NCBI RefSeq assembly: GCF_006345805.1
Contig: NC_042997.1
Coordinates: forward strand, 83,142,001 to 83,206,000
Direction: 5' to 3'
DNA from: Octopus sinensis
Taxonomy: Eukaryota
DNA length: 64,000 nucleotides
This document shows positions 51,066-64,000 of this stretch, one piece after another. Below the pieces are notes generated by a model that saw only the letters and a list, made by a program, of their open reading frames with translations, ran no database searches and was not told where the DNA came from. The translations under genes and the position numbers were made by a program. Position 1 is the stretch's first letter. Every line of letters begins with the position of its first letter.

Positions 51066-54000
51066 TAATAAAAAAAGTACATGCTCGTAATATTGGTATC
51101 AAATTTTGGCACAAGACCAACAATTTGGTGGAGAGGGTTCAAATCGATTACATCGCCCCCTCCCCCCACCCCAAGGCTCAAATGGTATTTATTTTATCGA
51201 CTCTGAAAGAAAAAAGCAAAGTCGACTCCGGCGCTAGGAATTTTTTCCCGTGTGGTAACGATTCTGTCAGCTCGCCGCCTTCCAGTTAATATTCCTTTCT
51301 ACCATAGGCACAAGGCTTGAAATTTTGCGTGAAGGGTATGGTCAATTACATCGGCCGCAGTATTGAACTGTTACTTACTTTATCAAACCCCTGAAGGGTG
51401 AAAGGCAAAATTGACCTCGGCAGAATTTGAACTCAGAACATAAAGACAGACGAAATGCTGCTAAGCATTTTTCACGCCGTGTAAATGATTCTGCCACCGC
51501 AATACAGCGAAAAAGTACTAAATATAATAGCTAACGGATATGGATGTATAAACGCCCTCGTGTGTGTTAATCTTTTTGCCTGTGTCTGCCCCTCCCCAAC
51601 CCCCATCGCTAAACAACCGATGTTGGTGAGTTTACGCCCCCGTAACTTAGCATTTCAGCAATAGAGACCGACAAAATAAGTACCAGGCTTAACAAAAAAT
51701 AAGTACTGCGGTCGATTCATTCAGCTAAAAATTATGCAAGGCGGTGTCCCAGCATAGCCGCCGTCTATTGACTGAGGCAAGTAAAAATTAAAAGATAAAA
51801 GAGCCCTCTCTGTCGTAATATTGGTTACACCCTTAAAATGTATCTTTTTCGTTTTTTTCCTTTTCAAAGTGGTATTGTGTGATTTGAAAGAGTTGCTATT
51901 TGTCGAACGGCCATATACGTAGCACTTCCTTTGGCTTTTATAAATTAATTAGCTTCACCACTTGCTCCTTAGTAGGAAAAGATTGGACTGTCCATCTGCA
52001 ACGAAAATAAATAGACACTGAGGCAAAGGCCACATTACTACGTTAGTTTCAGTTTCACTTTTAGCTACAGCAAGGCTGGCCAGAAATTATTTTATAATTG
52101 CAGTTGCTACCGTTGTCGTTGCTGATGCTGTTGTTGTTGTTGTCCTTATTGGTGTTTAGCCTCAAATCAATCCTGATCATGTACATCTATGATCAAAATC
52201 TGTTTAGATCTTGACCATTCAATTTTCTTTTTTTCTGGCCGACATAATTTACCCGAACCACATTATCTATTTTCTCCTTTCAGTTCTTCAGATAGCAGAA
52301 TGTGATTTCAGAAGTTTTGACCGGCATTTCTAACAAATGGAGCAACCATGAATACAACTACGTAAAGATTCCCCAATACTCATAAATCTACTGGTTTGAA
52401 TGTTGCGTGAAAATAAATAAAAGTTGAGATTCAGAACTCCAGTTTGCAATTATCGATATCATTTTAACCCTCTATAATTTATATTACTATAACCGTAATG
52501 GGTACTATTAACTGGAAAGAAAAGTTCGTTACGACCACCCTTGCTTTCTAGCATTAGTTTTATACGACGTAGTAATCGTACCATTGAATCATGTCGATAA
52601 TGTGCTCTCACTACCGAATCAAAGATCAATAATTCGTTTACTGCCATTTACACTTCTGTGTGTGCTCTTAGACAAATAGCTCTATCAACTGTGAATGATT
52701 GAAAAGGAGCAAGTTAACCCCAGAAGAAGAATTGCGAACGTAGTTAAACAGCATAAATAAGCATTTTGTGTAGTGACAGTTTCGATCCCATATCGAACGC
52801 TCTTGAGGAAAGAATAAACATCATAAATTTCCATTTCTCTCCCTATCTCTTAAAAATGTAAGCTTCCAATTTATAACTGAACCATTGCCCTGATTTGGTT
52901 ATATAACAATATGAAGTTGATCATTGTTCTGTTATCGGTAATTAGGTAAGAGGTTAGAGTAGTCATGGACAAATTGCGGCCCATGGATCTTTCTGAATGC
53001 TACACCTTACTCAAAATTACATTGAATATGTTTAGTCGTGCGGTACGCCTGATGATGAAACATGTCACGTGCGGCCCGCTTTTCGAAAAAGTTCGCTCAT
53101 GCTTGGGTTACAGACGGGTTTCTTAGACAAGAATGACCCAACTATATATGTGTCTCCATATATTTATTTTAAAGAGTTTATATATTACTTATGTACAAGG
53201 AAATTTATATCATATTGAAAAGCAATTTTTCTAGCATGTGTGATACTTAAAACTCTACCATATGTAAGCTCTAAAGAATGTTATAGACATATGTACATTA
53301 TTCTCTATTGTATTTATAACAATAAAGCAGATAAAAGACAGTAAGATATCCCATGTATATAGATATGTATTATGTCGAAATTACTACACAAGAATGATTA
53401 CTTTTGTCAAGCCTAGTATACAGAGTATATTATAAATGAATAAGTGGACGGAAGTAGGAGCACATCTCATGGAACAAAGCGACAGAACTCTGTGTACAGT
53501 TTAAGAGTGCTTTGCTCGAGTGTTCAAAATTTCAGCTTTTTATAACCCCCACAAAAAACCTCAGAAATACAAATTGGTTCAAATTTTACATAACGTTTCT
53601 AACGACGTCGTTAATTACTATATGCCAACCGATGATGATTGGTTGATAAAGATTTACAGAAGCGTTCACACTTTTTATGGCAATATACTTAGATTCAAGA
53701 AGCCTGTTATGCTTATTATGACAATATAATTAGGTTTTGGTTCTAAACTGAAAATTCCAACAAGATGCTTCTAATCGAGGCAGAGAACTGTCACAATGAT
53801 TTTATTAATGTTTCTGTCACGCCTTACTGAACTAGTCCTCACCGAACTTATCATCAAAAGCTATTTTGTCACGACTGATTTGATATTAATTTCAAGAGCT
53901 GTGTCCCTGGCACACAATATACTGTGCATCTATTTTTAAGGCGGTACAGTATATTTTGATGAATACGTGATTGTTATTTCGCGTTGGTTAGTCGATCAGG

Positions 54001-54942
54001 CTGAGGCTCTCTTCTTGCCTTTTATAGTTATTTTGTTTCTTACTTGAGCACCAAACACACAAATAATATATAGGAGAGGCGAAGTCAGTAGGTTGTAATT
54101 ACATCCACGCCTTTCTCATGGGTATAAACTATGTATGTAAAAAGGAAAGGCCTCAATCTCAGCTGGTCGTAATCTTTATCTGATCTAGCCACCCTCATCG
54201 TTCTTCATATACATCAATGTTTTGATCGATACAAATGCTCAGATGTGTGAGGGAGAAGGGAGAGAACATACAAGATTAAGATATCTTTTCTCATTTTTCT
54301 CATTTAATTTGTTTCAGTCATGTGACGAGCTTCTTTCTGTTTCCGTCTACCAGCTTACCAACTCCAGTTACAAGGCTTTGGTCTTGGTCCGGGGCCACGC
54401 TATGGGACTGAAACTGGGACTATGTGGCTGGGAGACAAACTTCTTACAACAACAGCATTGCCTCTCCGAAACGCATATTCATACTTATTCAATAGAATTA
54501 TCGATAGGATTCAATCGAAATAAATACAAAGACAGAAATCGAAAGGAGGTCGCGAGCTTGGTCCTCATCAAATGGGTGAGATCTTATTACAATTTCCATT
54601 TTTCTTCCACATTGACCTCATCCTGTTATACACAAGCAATGGTCAACGCCCCTAGAAAATATACTCGATTTAAAAAGGAAAGCAAGAAAGTTGCTATGTG
54701 TAATGTGTATAATGTTATACAATCCTGTAGTTCTATGTTTAATGGTAATTAAATTCCACAGTTTGGTGTAGAAGCTACATTTATCTCGCTTGGGAACTAA
54801 ATTTTAGGTTGTAAAATATGCGAAATGTTTTAGTGGTTTTATCAAAAATAATTTTGTGTTTACAGGGGAATTCTTCCCTAGTATGCGGGCGTGTAAGGAA
54901 CACACACATACACTCACGCACTCACATATAGTGTATGTGTGT

Positions 54943-54987
<45 letters not shown>

Positions 54988-55053
54988 TGTGTGGTGTATG
55001 TAATTGTATATATGTGTGTATATACACATATACATATATATGCATATATATGC

Positions 55054-55095
<42 letters not shown>

Positions 55096-55253
55096 TCAAA
55101 CACACATGTATATGTATATGCACACACACGCATACACACAGAGAGAAAGAGAGAGAGAGCGAGAAATATAGACACATGCACATATACATAAACACATGTT
55201 TACACATACAGACACATGCTTTCGTACATACATACATACATACATACATACAT

Positions 55254-55306
<53 letters not shown>

Positions 55307-55419
55307 CTTACACTCCATATATTTTTGTATGAGTGCATTTGTTTTATTGTTTTTCTGTGTATGTGCATGCGCATTCGTATGTGTGTATGATGTGTGTGTG
55401 AGTGTGTGTGTGTGTGTGC

Positions 55420-55454
<35 letters not shown>

Positions 55455-55591
55455 CGTGTGCGCGCGTAAGTATGTGCATGTATTAGTGTTCAGTTCGCGT
55501 CACTATGAATCTGGTGATTAATAATATAATGTAAATATTGAGATGCCGATAACATTATAGGAATAGTTTAAGTAATAATTTAAAAATTCAA

Positions 55592-55652
<61 letters not shown>

Positions 55653-55872
55653 TTCATGTGTGCCTTACATGGTCGTTGAATAGAGGGACTTAATCGTCAA
55701 AAGTAGTTCAGCCATCTACACACTTCCTCTTATCTGAAGGATAGTGTATCTAAGACTACATTATTCATCTATACCTCTAGGCTACATTATTCAGTGTCAT
55801 GTTTGTAGAAAGGAAGGGTGTGATTTGAAAGCGATCTAGCTGTTGTTTATAACAGATCGTACGACTGTGTGT

Positions 55873-56266
55873 AATATTCTTTTCTAGGCATAAAGTCCGA
55901 AATTTTGGGGGAAGGGGGTGCAATCGATTAGATCTACCCCAGTATGCAACTGGTACTTAATTTATCGACCCCGAAAGGATGAAAGGCAAAGTCGACCTCG
56001 GCGGAATTAGAACGTAGCGACGGGCGAAATACCTATTTCTTTACTACCCACAAGGGGATAAACACAGAGAGGACAAACAAGGACAGACAAACGGATTGAG
56101 TCGATTGCATCGACCCCAGGGCGTAACTGGTACTTAATTTATCGACCCTGAAAGGATGAAAGGCAAAGTCGACCTCGGCGGAATTTGAACTCAGAACGTA
56201 ACGGCAGACGAAATACCGCTAAGCATTTCGCCCGGTGTGCTAACGTTTCTGCCAGCTCGCCGCCTT
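55873..56266 (-). mobile_element. Family B SINE with duplicated 3' body
   Basis: actggtacttaatttatcgaccc..gaaaggatgaaaggcaaagtcgacctcggcggaatt occurs twice (about 55950 and 56127). Confidence 0.8.
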
Positions 56267-56516
56267 GACTTTGTATAATATTGGTTTCCTAAAGATCCCG
56301 CTACCTTGTCCTCGTGTTTCCCTACACGATGCCCTTCTCTTCTTAATATGCGTTTGTTTGTTTTTTGTTTGTTTGTTTGTTTGTTTTTCTGTAACTGAAT
56401 GATTGAAATATAAAACTCACAAACATCCTTAACTACATCACACTAGGGGTTTGCCACACCTTGGTTGGAAACTACTGTGGTTCAAGTTTACTTCCTTGGC
56501 TTCCGTGTTTGTGTAC

Positions 56517-56550
<34 letters not shown>

Positions 56551-56704
56551 GTGAGTGCGAGATAAAGAGAAAATATGTGAAGTGTGTGTGTGTATGTATA
56601 TCTATATATATATGCATATATACGTATACATATTTATGTATATGTGTATACACACACATATACACAATTACATACACCACACACCCATATATATATATAT
56701 AGAC

Positions 56705-57747
56705 TTTGGTCTAAAGTCGTATGACAACCACCGTTATATATATTTTGTTTATTCATTACTGTTTTCAATTTCGTTTTCGTCTCTTGTATTCACATCCGTC
56801 TTGTGCGTTCACATTCCTGTCTTCTACCAAGAAATCTAATGCTTACAGCTTAGTTTTTTTTCTTGGGGCTGGCCGAGTTGGAGCAAATATCAGAATTGAA
56901 CAGCCGAAATTTGCTATGATGATTCGGTGTCTGACTGAAGATTGAAGGCTTCGAATGATTTGTCTGTGTTCCGTGTTCGTCCCTTCCTGTATTTCACGTT
57001 CATTATATTATAAAAACATTCATTCTTATATTATTGCGGCGTTACGTGCACCCCCCCCCCCCGTTTGTTTGTCCAATTTTAAACCCTGCACGACTTCTAT
57101 ACACACTGTCTTTTACTACCCGCCATTGCTTCTTCACCAAACTTTTTGGCGCCCTCCGATTCTTCCCCTCTCTTCCTCCTATCCTCCTCCCCTCTTCCTC
57201 CCATCCTCCTTAATCCCTTCTTTCTCCTTCTCTCTTGGTCACTGATTCTGTCCCCTGCCTTCCACCCTCTTTGATTCCCTCTCTCTCTGTCTCTCTTTCT
57301 CTCTCTCCCGCGACCTGCTGCTTCTTCAACCATTCTGTTGGCCTTCGTATCTCGACCAACATGTGTCCCCGCTACCGAAACGGTAATTATTTCTACGCCA
57401 GCTGCTATGTTGTTGTTGTTTTGTCTCATTTGGTCTAAAGTCGTATGACAACCACCGTTATATATATTTTGTTTATTCATTACTGTTTTCAATTTCGTTT
57501 TCGTCTCTTGTATTCACATCCGTCTTGTGCGTTCACATTCCTGTCTTCTACCAAGAAATCTAATGCTTACAGCTTAGTTTTTTTTCTTGGGGCTGGCCGA
57601 GTTGGAGCAAATATCAGAATTGAACAGCCGAAATTTGCTATGATGATTCGGTGTCTGACTGAAGATTGAAGGCTTCGAATGATTTGTCTGTGTTCCGTGT
57701 TCGTCCCTTCCTGTATTTCACGTTCATTATATATAAAAACATTCATT

Positions 57748-57754
<7 letters not shown>
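56705..57754 (+). mobile_element. PLE-like partial tandem (about 326-bp direct repeats, 724-bp period)
   Basis: 56705-57031 is nearly identical to 57429-57754 (identical spurious ORFs at 56721 and 57445). Confidence 0.75.
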
Positions 57755-57786
<32 letters not shown>

Positions 57787-57967
57787 ACATACACTATATG
57801 TGAGTGCGTGTGTGTGTTCATACACTCCCGCATACTAGGGAAGAATTCTCCTGCAAACACAAAATTATTTTCGCGACACCCTTAAAGCCAGGAACTTTTT
57901 AGTACTCCTCATACACATACGCACACACACACACGTTTCACATATTTTCTCTTTCTCTCACACTCAC

Positions 57968-58008
<41 letters not shown>

Positions 58009-58341
58009 TCACACACACACACAGAAGCCAAGGAAGTAAACGTGAACCACAGTAGTTTCCAACCAAGGTGTGGCAAACCCCTCGGGTGACGTAATGAAGG
58101 ATGTAGCGGGATCTTTAGGAAACCAATATGTGAATCTGAGAGGGGAATATGTTAAATAAACTCATAATTAACTAACCCTCCTGTGTTTTCTTTTACTCGA
58201 AGCTGAGAACTTTTCAGCACACCTTCGTATGTACGAGAGAGAGAGAGAGAGAGAGGGGGGAGGCGAGAGAATGTACATGCGCACGCTTGTGCATATTGGG
58301 TACACACTAGAAACCGTTGAACCAACATCATATGGACTCGG

Positions 58342-58378
<37 letters not shown>

Positions 58379-58979
58379 GGGTTTCCGATAGAAATTTTGT
58401 CTGATTGGAACAAGACTGTTCCAGGAAGATTTTTGAAAATCCAAGGTGTAAGATTTTTTTTTTTTTTGTCTTTTTTTTAAGGCGGAACATATAAAATATT
58501 CATAGATCCTTCTATCATGACTCTCTGGTACTCTGACCAATGTAATAGTTTGCACACGGTGTCTATACAAATATAGCACACACGTACATACACATACTCA
58601 CACGTACACACACACATACACGCACACTCGCGCACGCAAACAAACTCACACACACAAACGACAGGCTCATTTTTGTAGCATCATAATGACCCGGCGCATC
58701 AGTGCACTGGGCCCTCCAGATTTTACTTATTAACAGGAAGCCACAGCATACATAGGTCAGAATAGAAGTTAAATTCAAGCAGTATATCGGTGCAAATAGT
58801 ACATCGGTTCAAGCAATACAGCATAGCCCGGAAAGCCAAGCAGGAGCCCGTGAATATTTGATGAGACTTCATTGAAAAAGAAAAACAAGATACATTGAGT
58901 GAACCGTCCTGGAATCAAGAAGAGATTTCAAAGTAGTCTTCGTTTGGCTTGGTAAAAATTTCTATCGGAGGTTCTCTGC

Positions 58980-59147
58980 CAGTGCCGTCTTAAGGCATAG
59001 ACGCAGTGGACAGTGGACCAAGGGCCTCATGGGTCTAGGGGACCAATTCTGATGAGCTTATGCTTTGGTTTGCTGTCAATAAATATATACTATTGGGCCC
59101 AGTACATTGATATTCCGGGGTTCTATAATGTTACTAAGACGGCCCTG
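58980..59147. mobile_element. MITE with CAG(G/T)GCCGTCTTA-type TIRs
   Basis: cagtgccgtctta / taagacggccctg; TSD not evident. Confidence 0.55.
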
Positions 59148-59259
59148 TGTTCAGTGTGTGTGTGTGTTAGAATGTTATACTAAGACACCTGTAGTTCCTA
59201 CTGTACTACTCGTATACTGCGTTGATTTCATCTATAGCCAAGATATTTCACTCTGAAAT

Positions 59260-59472
59260 AATGGTTTCAAATTTTTGCACAAGGCCAGAAATTTCAGGTG
59301 AGGAGAAGTCGATTACATCGTTCCTAGTATGCAACAGGAACTTAAGTTATTGACCCCGAAAGAATAAAAAACAAGGTTGACCTCAGCGGAATTTGAACTC
59401 AGAGCATAAGGACAGACGAAATACCGCTAAGCATTTTGCCCGGCGTACTAACAATTCTGCCAGCTCGCCACC
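59260..59472 (-). mobile_element. Family B SINE with perfect 16-bp TSD
   Basis: tatttcactctgaaat at 59244-59259 and 59473-59488. Confidence 0.9.
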
Positions 59473-61263
59473 TATTTCACTCTGAAATGATAACCCAATC
59501 CAGATAACAATAAACAGACACCGTTGGACCAGAAGCGAAGCTACGAGTGGGGTAGTCCGCCCCGGTTGAGGCTTTTTATGGAGGCGGCACTTTAGGATCT
59601 GCTCGATAAATCTGCATGGACTCGGAGACTCGAAAATGGTGACAAAATCAATAATTGCACCAGGCGGCACACATTTTAACTACACCATTGCATTGCACTG
59701 GCCAACGAGGAAGCCTCCGTGTAGTCTATCGATTAGCATGTCGATCGATATGGGATTATCTTATCCTAGACACATTATACCTATAAACCAAAACAAGACG
59801 GTCATGGCTGGAACTCTTTTAAGTCATATATCTGCTACATCATAGCTTGGGGTTGGTTTCGTGTCACCTCCACTCAGAAGCACACACGAGTCATTCATCT
59901 CTCCTCCTCTCGACACCTATACTGCTTCCTCCATTCCAAAAGTGGCCCTATCTATTATATAGGAGCTTTGGAATTCCCTCATTTCATATGTATTTCCTGT
60001 CGCCGTCATCTTGTAACTACTCAAGATTAGTTAAAAGATGAACCCCGAGCACATCAATGTACTAGGCCCTATGGTATATAGGGTCAACCGTGTCAATCCC
60101 ACAGGTCCCGGAGAGAGAGTGAGGTAGAGGTAGAGAGAGGGAGAGAAAGAGGGAGAGAGAGGGGGAGAGATAAAGGGAGAGAGAGTGCGCACTCGTGTGG
60201 CGTTCCGTTCTGAGGAAATATTGGCCTGCCTCGCCTAGTCAATGGGTTGGCATAATTTGAAAATTAAAACAATGTAGGGAAGCGCATTGTGACCAGTAGT
60301 GTATAACAACATCTGATAGTCTGACCGATGCAGTGATACACATACATGCACGCACACACACATACACACACACACATACATACATACATACATACATACA
60401 TACATACATACATACGTACATACATGCATACATACATACATACATACATACAAATATATGATGGACGTCGATTTCGACGTATAAGGATCGAACAATCTAC
60501 ACTTTCTTTGTCAGTCAAATGTGACATTTGTGTCCCAACAACAATTTGCAAAGAAGCCTGCAGATGTAACAAGTATGAGGATTACGGGTCAGTGCAGGCG
60601 GTATATTCGCAGCCGCTTTTCTCCTTTGCCTTGCAGCCCTTAGCCTGTTAATGCTGGCTGAAACAAGGTGTCTTGTACCTTTTTGACATGACACTTTGTT
60701 ATCAATGTAGCAAGTAAGTTCTCAATGTAGCAAAGAAGCTTTCTTGCACTTTGTTTCTGAATACCCGGGAGGGACAGATTTTCTCATTCACGAAGCTTCA
60801 AGTAACATGAAGAGTTAAGTCAGCCTGTTACTCAGTATCTGTGTTCGTGTATATTCAATGTATGTATGTATGTATGTATGTATGTATGTATGTATGTATG
60901 TATGTATGTATGTATGTACGTATGTGTGTATGTATGTTTGTATGTATGTATAACTATCTGTCTGGCTGGATTTCTGTCTGTCTACCTGTCTGTCTATCTA
61001 ATTACACACACGCACACAACCGTGCGCGCGCGCACACACACACACATATAGTTCAAATTTACAGAAAACAAAAGACGAAGACAAGTAAAGAATGAACAGG
61101 CAGGTGTATTAGTTTAACACTCGGGAAGAGTGAATAAGTCTTTGACGTTTCCAGCTTACGCTCTTCGACAGAATTGAAAGGTTAAAAAACGAACGAAAAG
61201 AGCGAACGAAAAACCAAAACGGAGAGAGAAAAAAATGAGTTGGGATTAGCGGTTCAACATGAT

Positions 61264-61314
<51 letters not shown>

Positions 61315-62112
61315 TATGATATGTAGAAAAATACAAACTGGGACAAGAACGCATAACACTCAGAAGACGACACAACAAACACAGACAGGACATTCGAAGC
61401 CCCCAGCCCTCAGTCAAGAACCGGATCATCGTAGTAATTTCGGCTGATTAATCTTGAGATTACCAGATCCGGCCAGCCCTCCAGGAAAAACTAAGCAACG
61501 AGCATTAGAAAAACTAAGCTAGGAGCGTAGATTTCCTGGAAGAAGGATCGAATGCACACGAACACAGGGACAGCAAAACGGACGGTGCCACACGAATATA
61601 AAAAACAAAAAACAATAATGAAATACAAAAACATGAAATACAAAAGCAATAATGGTAAAAACAGCAGGTGTCTTACGACTAATAACAGTGCAAACAAGTT
61701 TGGCTGGCGTATTTTGGAAAAAATGCCTTAACGGCGAACAAGGACAACGATGTTGTCACTGCGCTGGTCGGAGGCCAAAAGGAGGATTTTGGCCAGCGGT
61801 CACGTGACGGAGAAGAGAGAAAAGAAAAGAAAAGAAAGGGAGGCAAAGGAAGGAAGAGAGAGAGAAGAGGGACGAAAGCAACAAGGGGGGAGAAGAGAGA
61901 GAAAGAAGGAATTAGAGAGGGGAGAAGGGATGGGTGTCAAAGATTGACCTGTGAGTGCAAAGCAAGACAAAGAAATGGAAGGGTAGGGGAAGAGTAGACC
62001 AAAGAATCAGAGGCAAGAGAAGAGAAAAGGAGGATGAGTAGAGAGAAGAGAGAGAGAAGGGGACAGATCAACGTAGAATGCGAAGTAAATGTAAGAGAGA
62101 GAGACAGACAGA

Positions 62113-62156
<44 letters not shown>

Positions 62157-62215
62157 TATATATACACACATATATATACATATATATACATATATATATA
62201 TGCATATAATATACA

Positions 62216-62246
<31 letters not shown>

Positions 62247-62304
62247 CATAAATATATATATATACATATATATATATACATATATACATAATATATATAT
62301 ATAT

Positions 62305-63420
62305 GTTGGCATCCTTTTTGTCTCGGGAGACAATGGAGTTGCGCATAAGTAGTCTAGTCCGGCTATTACATTTCACGTCCTGATACATTTCCTGTTGTGC
62401 CTGTGTAGTCCTATCCTGGACAAACACTCCCTCTGGCAGGGACCGCAAATGTAGCGAAGACTGTTCCTGGCTGGTTGTAATGCCATAGTTTCTTGTTGAC
62501 GTCTTTTCTTGTCTTTCCATTTCTCCTCTCTCTCTCTCTGTCACTCCTTTGTATTCCCTCTCCTACGGTACATCGCCAGTCTCCACGGTTGACGGCAACT
62601 GCCTCCCAACCGCTAATATTGATGTTGCAGGCCTTCATGTCCCTTTTGCAAACGTCCTTGTAACGTAAGAGCGGTCTACCCACAGACCTAGTACCCCTAG
62701 CAAGCTCTCCGTAGAGTATGTCCTTGGGGATTCTGCCATCTTTCATACGGCTAACATGCCCAAGCCATGTCATACGTCTTTGTGTGAGGAGTGCAAACAT
62801 GCTTGTTATTCCTACTTGCCTGAGGACATCTTTGTTGGGGATATGGTTCTGCCATTTGATGCGGAGGATTTTCCGGAGGCAGCGCAGGTGAAAGATGTTT
62901 AGACGACGCTCTTGGCGTGTATATAGCGTCCAAATTCTCACTTCCATACAGTAGAGTGCTAAGTACACATGCCTGGTAGATCTTCATTTTCGTGGTCTTG
63001 GTCAGCTTATTGTTGTCCCAAGCCCGTTTGGAGAGTTGGGCCATCGCAGCAGCTGCCTTGCCAATGCGTATATTGAGCTCAGCGTCGAGGGATAGGTTGT
63101 AGGTGACGGTAGAGCCCAGATAGGTAAACTTCTCCACCTCTTGTAATCTGTGGTCTCCAATACGTATGTTTGGGATGTCCGATGTAGCTTGACCCATGAT
63201 GTTGGTCTTCTTAAGGCTGATAGCTAAGCCAAAGTCGTTACATGCTTGCTCAAAACAGTTAATGAGCCTTTGGAGGGCTTCTTCTGTGTGTGATACCAGA
63301 GCGGCATCATCAGCAAATAGCATCTCCTTGATCAGGACGTTTCTGATTTTGGTCTTGGCAATCAGGCGCGAGAGATTTAACAGTTTCCCGTCACTTCTAC
63401 TGTGCAGAAACACTCCATCA
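62305..63420 (-). mobile_element. 5'-truncated RTE-clade LINE (RT C-terminal half + 3' UTR)
   Basis: DGKLLNLSRL, EMLFADDAAL, FTYLGS, KIYQACVLSTLLYGSE, FHLRCLRKILRIKWQ, WLGHVSRMKDGRIPKDILYGEL, GRPLLRYKDVCKRD; frameshifted; (TA)n on both sides. Confidence 0.93.
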
Positions 63421-63429
63421 TATATATAT

Positions 63430-64000
63430 ATACATATATATATATTTATAATAGGATTAGCTCGTATACGAGTAGGTATATATTTGTAAAAAATGAAGTT
63501 CGAAAATGCTGCTATATTATACAATTTTTAATTTTTATATATACATTATAACATGTTTCAGTTCCTGAAATGAACCTTATCAAAAAAAGTTATATATAAA
63601 AAAGATAGTTCATGCTATCAAATATAAGAAATTCATTTATAATACACAATGGAGTCAGACATCATAAAGTTCATATATAGTTTGAAGTGAGTTCGTTCAT
63701 GCTATATGTTTAAAGTGTATGATGCAGTGGTTCGTGGTGGTGATATATAAAAAATAGATCAAAGTGGTGGAATGCAGTCAATATAAAAAATTGATGTTCC
63801 TGAAAGAGCGAGGAATTCATTTTTACCTTGAGCAACTGTGATGACTTATGGTGGGTGTTCGCTGGATGATTCTGGCGAATCTTGTGAATTGTTCGGGTTT
63901 TATAACAGCTGTTAGGTGGTCAGTCCAGCGTAGCGTGACGTCATCAACGTTTTGACCAATCGTTTCGTTAGGTGGCTTAGTCAAGCAGAACGGGACGTCA
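63430..64000 (-). mobile_element. PLE-like terminal-repeat remnant (runs off the window)
   Basis: Hammerhead-like motif at 63544-63590; terminus gcattttcgaacttcatttt shared with 20775-20800; TGACGTCA and CCAAT motifs near 63937-63960. Confidence 0.5.
63544..63590 (-). ncRNA. Minimal hammerhead-like motif, U3-A8 variant (stem I degenerate)
   Basis: ACUUUUU-UUGAUAA-GGUUC-AUUUCAG-GAACU-GAAA-CAUG-UU-AUAAUG. Confidence 0.6.

Noticed and set aside
52459-52647. ORF with LLIFDSVVRAHYRHD resembling a RecA/Rad51 Walker B region
   Set aside because: Short match needing a gap, no pyrimidine-rich acceptor, no further similarity; likely chance.
53520-53729. 69-aa ORF in non-repetitive sequence
   Set aside because: No homology recognisable, in-frame stop just upstream, no convincing splice sites.
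54222-54752. 176-aa ORF
   Set aside because: Runs through an antisense family A SINE fragment; no coherent protein signal.
56705-57754. CRISPR-like or host-gene tandem duplication
   Set aside because: Only two long direct repeats of a dispersed repeat family; no spacer array, eukaryotic context.

Overview
AT-rich, microsatellite-saturated eukaryotic genomic DNA. The SINE families and compound (CA)/(TA)/(TACA)/(AAT) tracts look octopus-like (inference from repeat content). Only one host coding exon is recognisable: the signal-peptide/first beta-propeller exon of an integrin alpha gene on the minus strand (6917-6739). It has an acceptor just upstream, so an untranslated exon lies further right, and a phase-2 donor; later exons probably lie left of the window. 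The rest is transposon debris: a near full-length dead R4/Dong-type retrotransposon inside a (TAA)n tract plus a second truncated copy also in (TAA)n, RTE LINE pieces (one bipartite, one 5'-inverted), HERO-like 3' ends, mariner/hAT MITEs, Helitron-like ends, a probable solo LTR, many tRNA-derived SINEs and many Penelope-like (PLE) terminal-repeat remnants. The most notable signal is a set of minimal hammerhead-ribozyme motifs in the PLE-like remnants. Two unrelated copies (36406-36447 and 63544-63590) carry the compensated U3-A8 core (UUGANAA instead of CUGANGA), and PLE-like remnants repeatedly show tandem-plus-fold-back junctions and long inverted repeats. Nearly all ORFs in the supplied track are microsatellite artefacts. 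All family assignments come from motif recognition, not database searches, and repeat boundaries are approximate unless a TSD or TIR is quoted.
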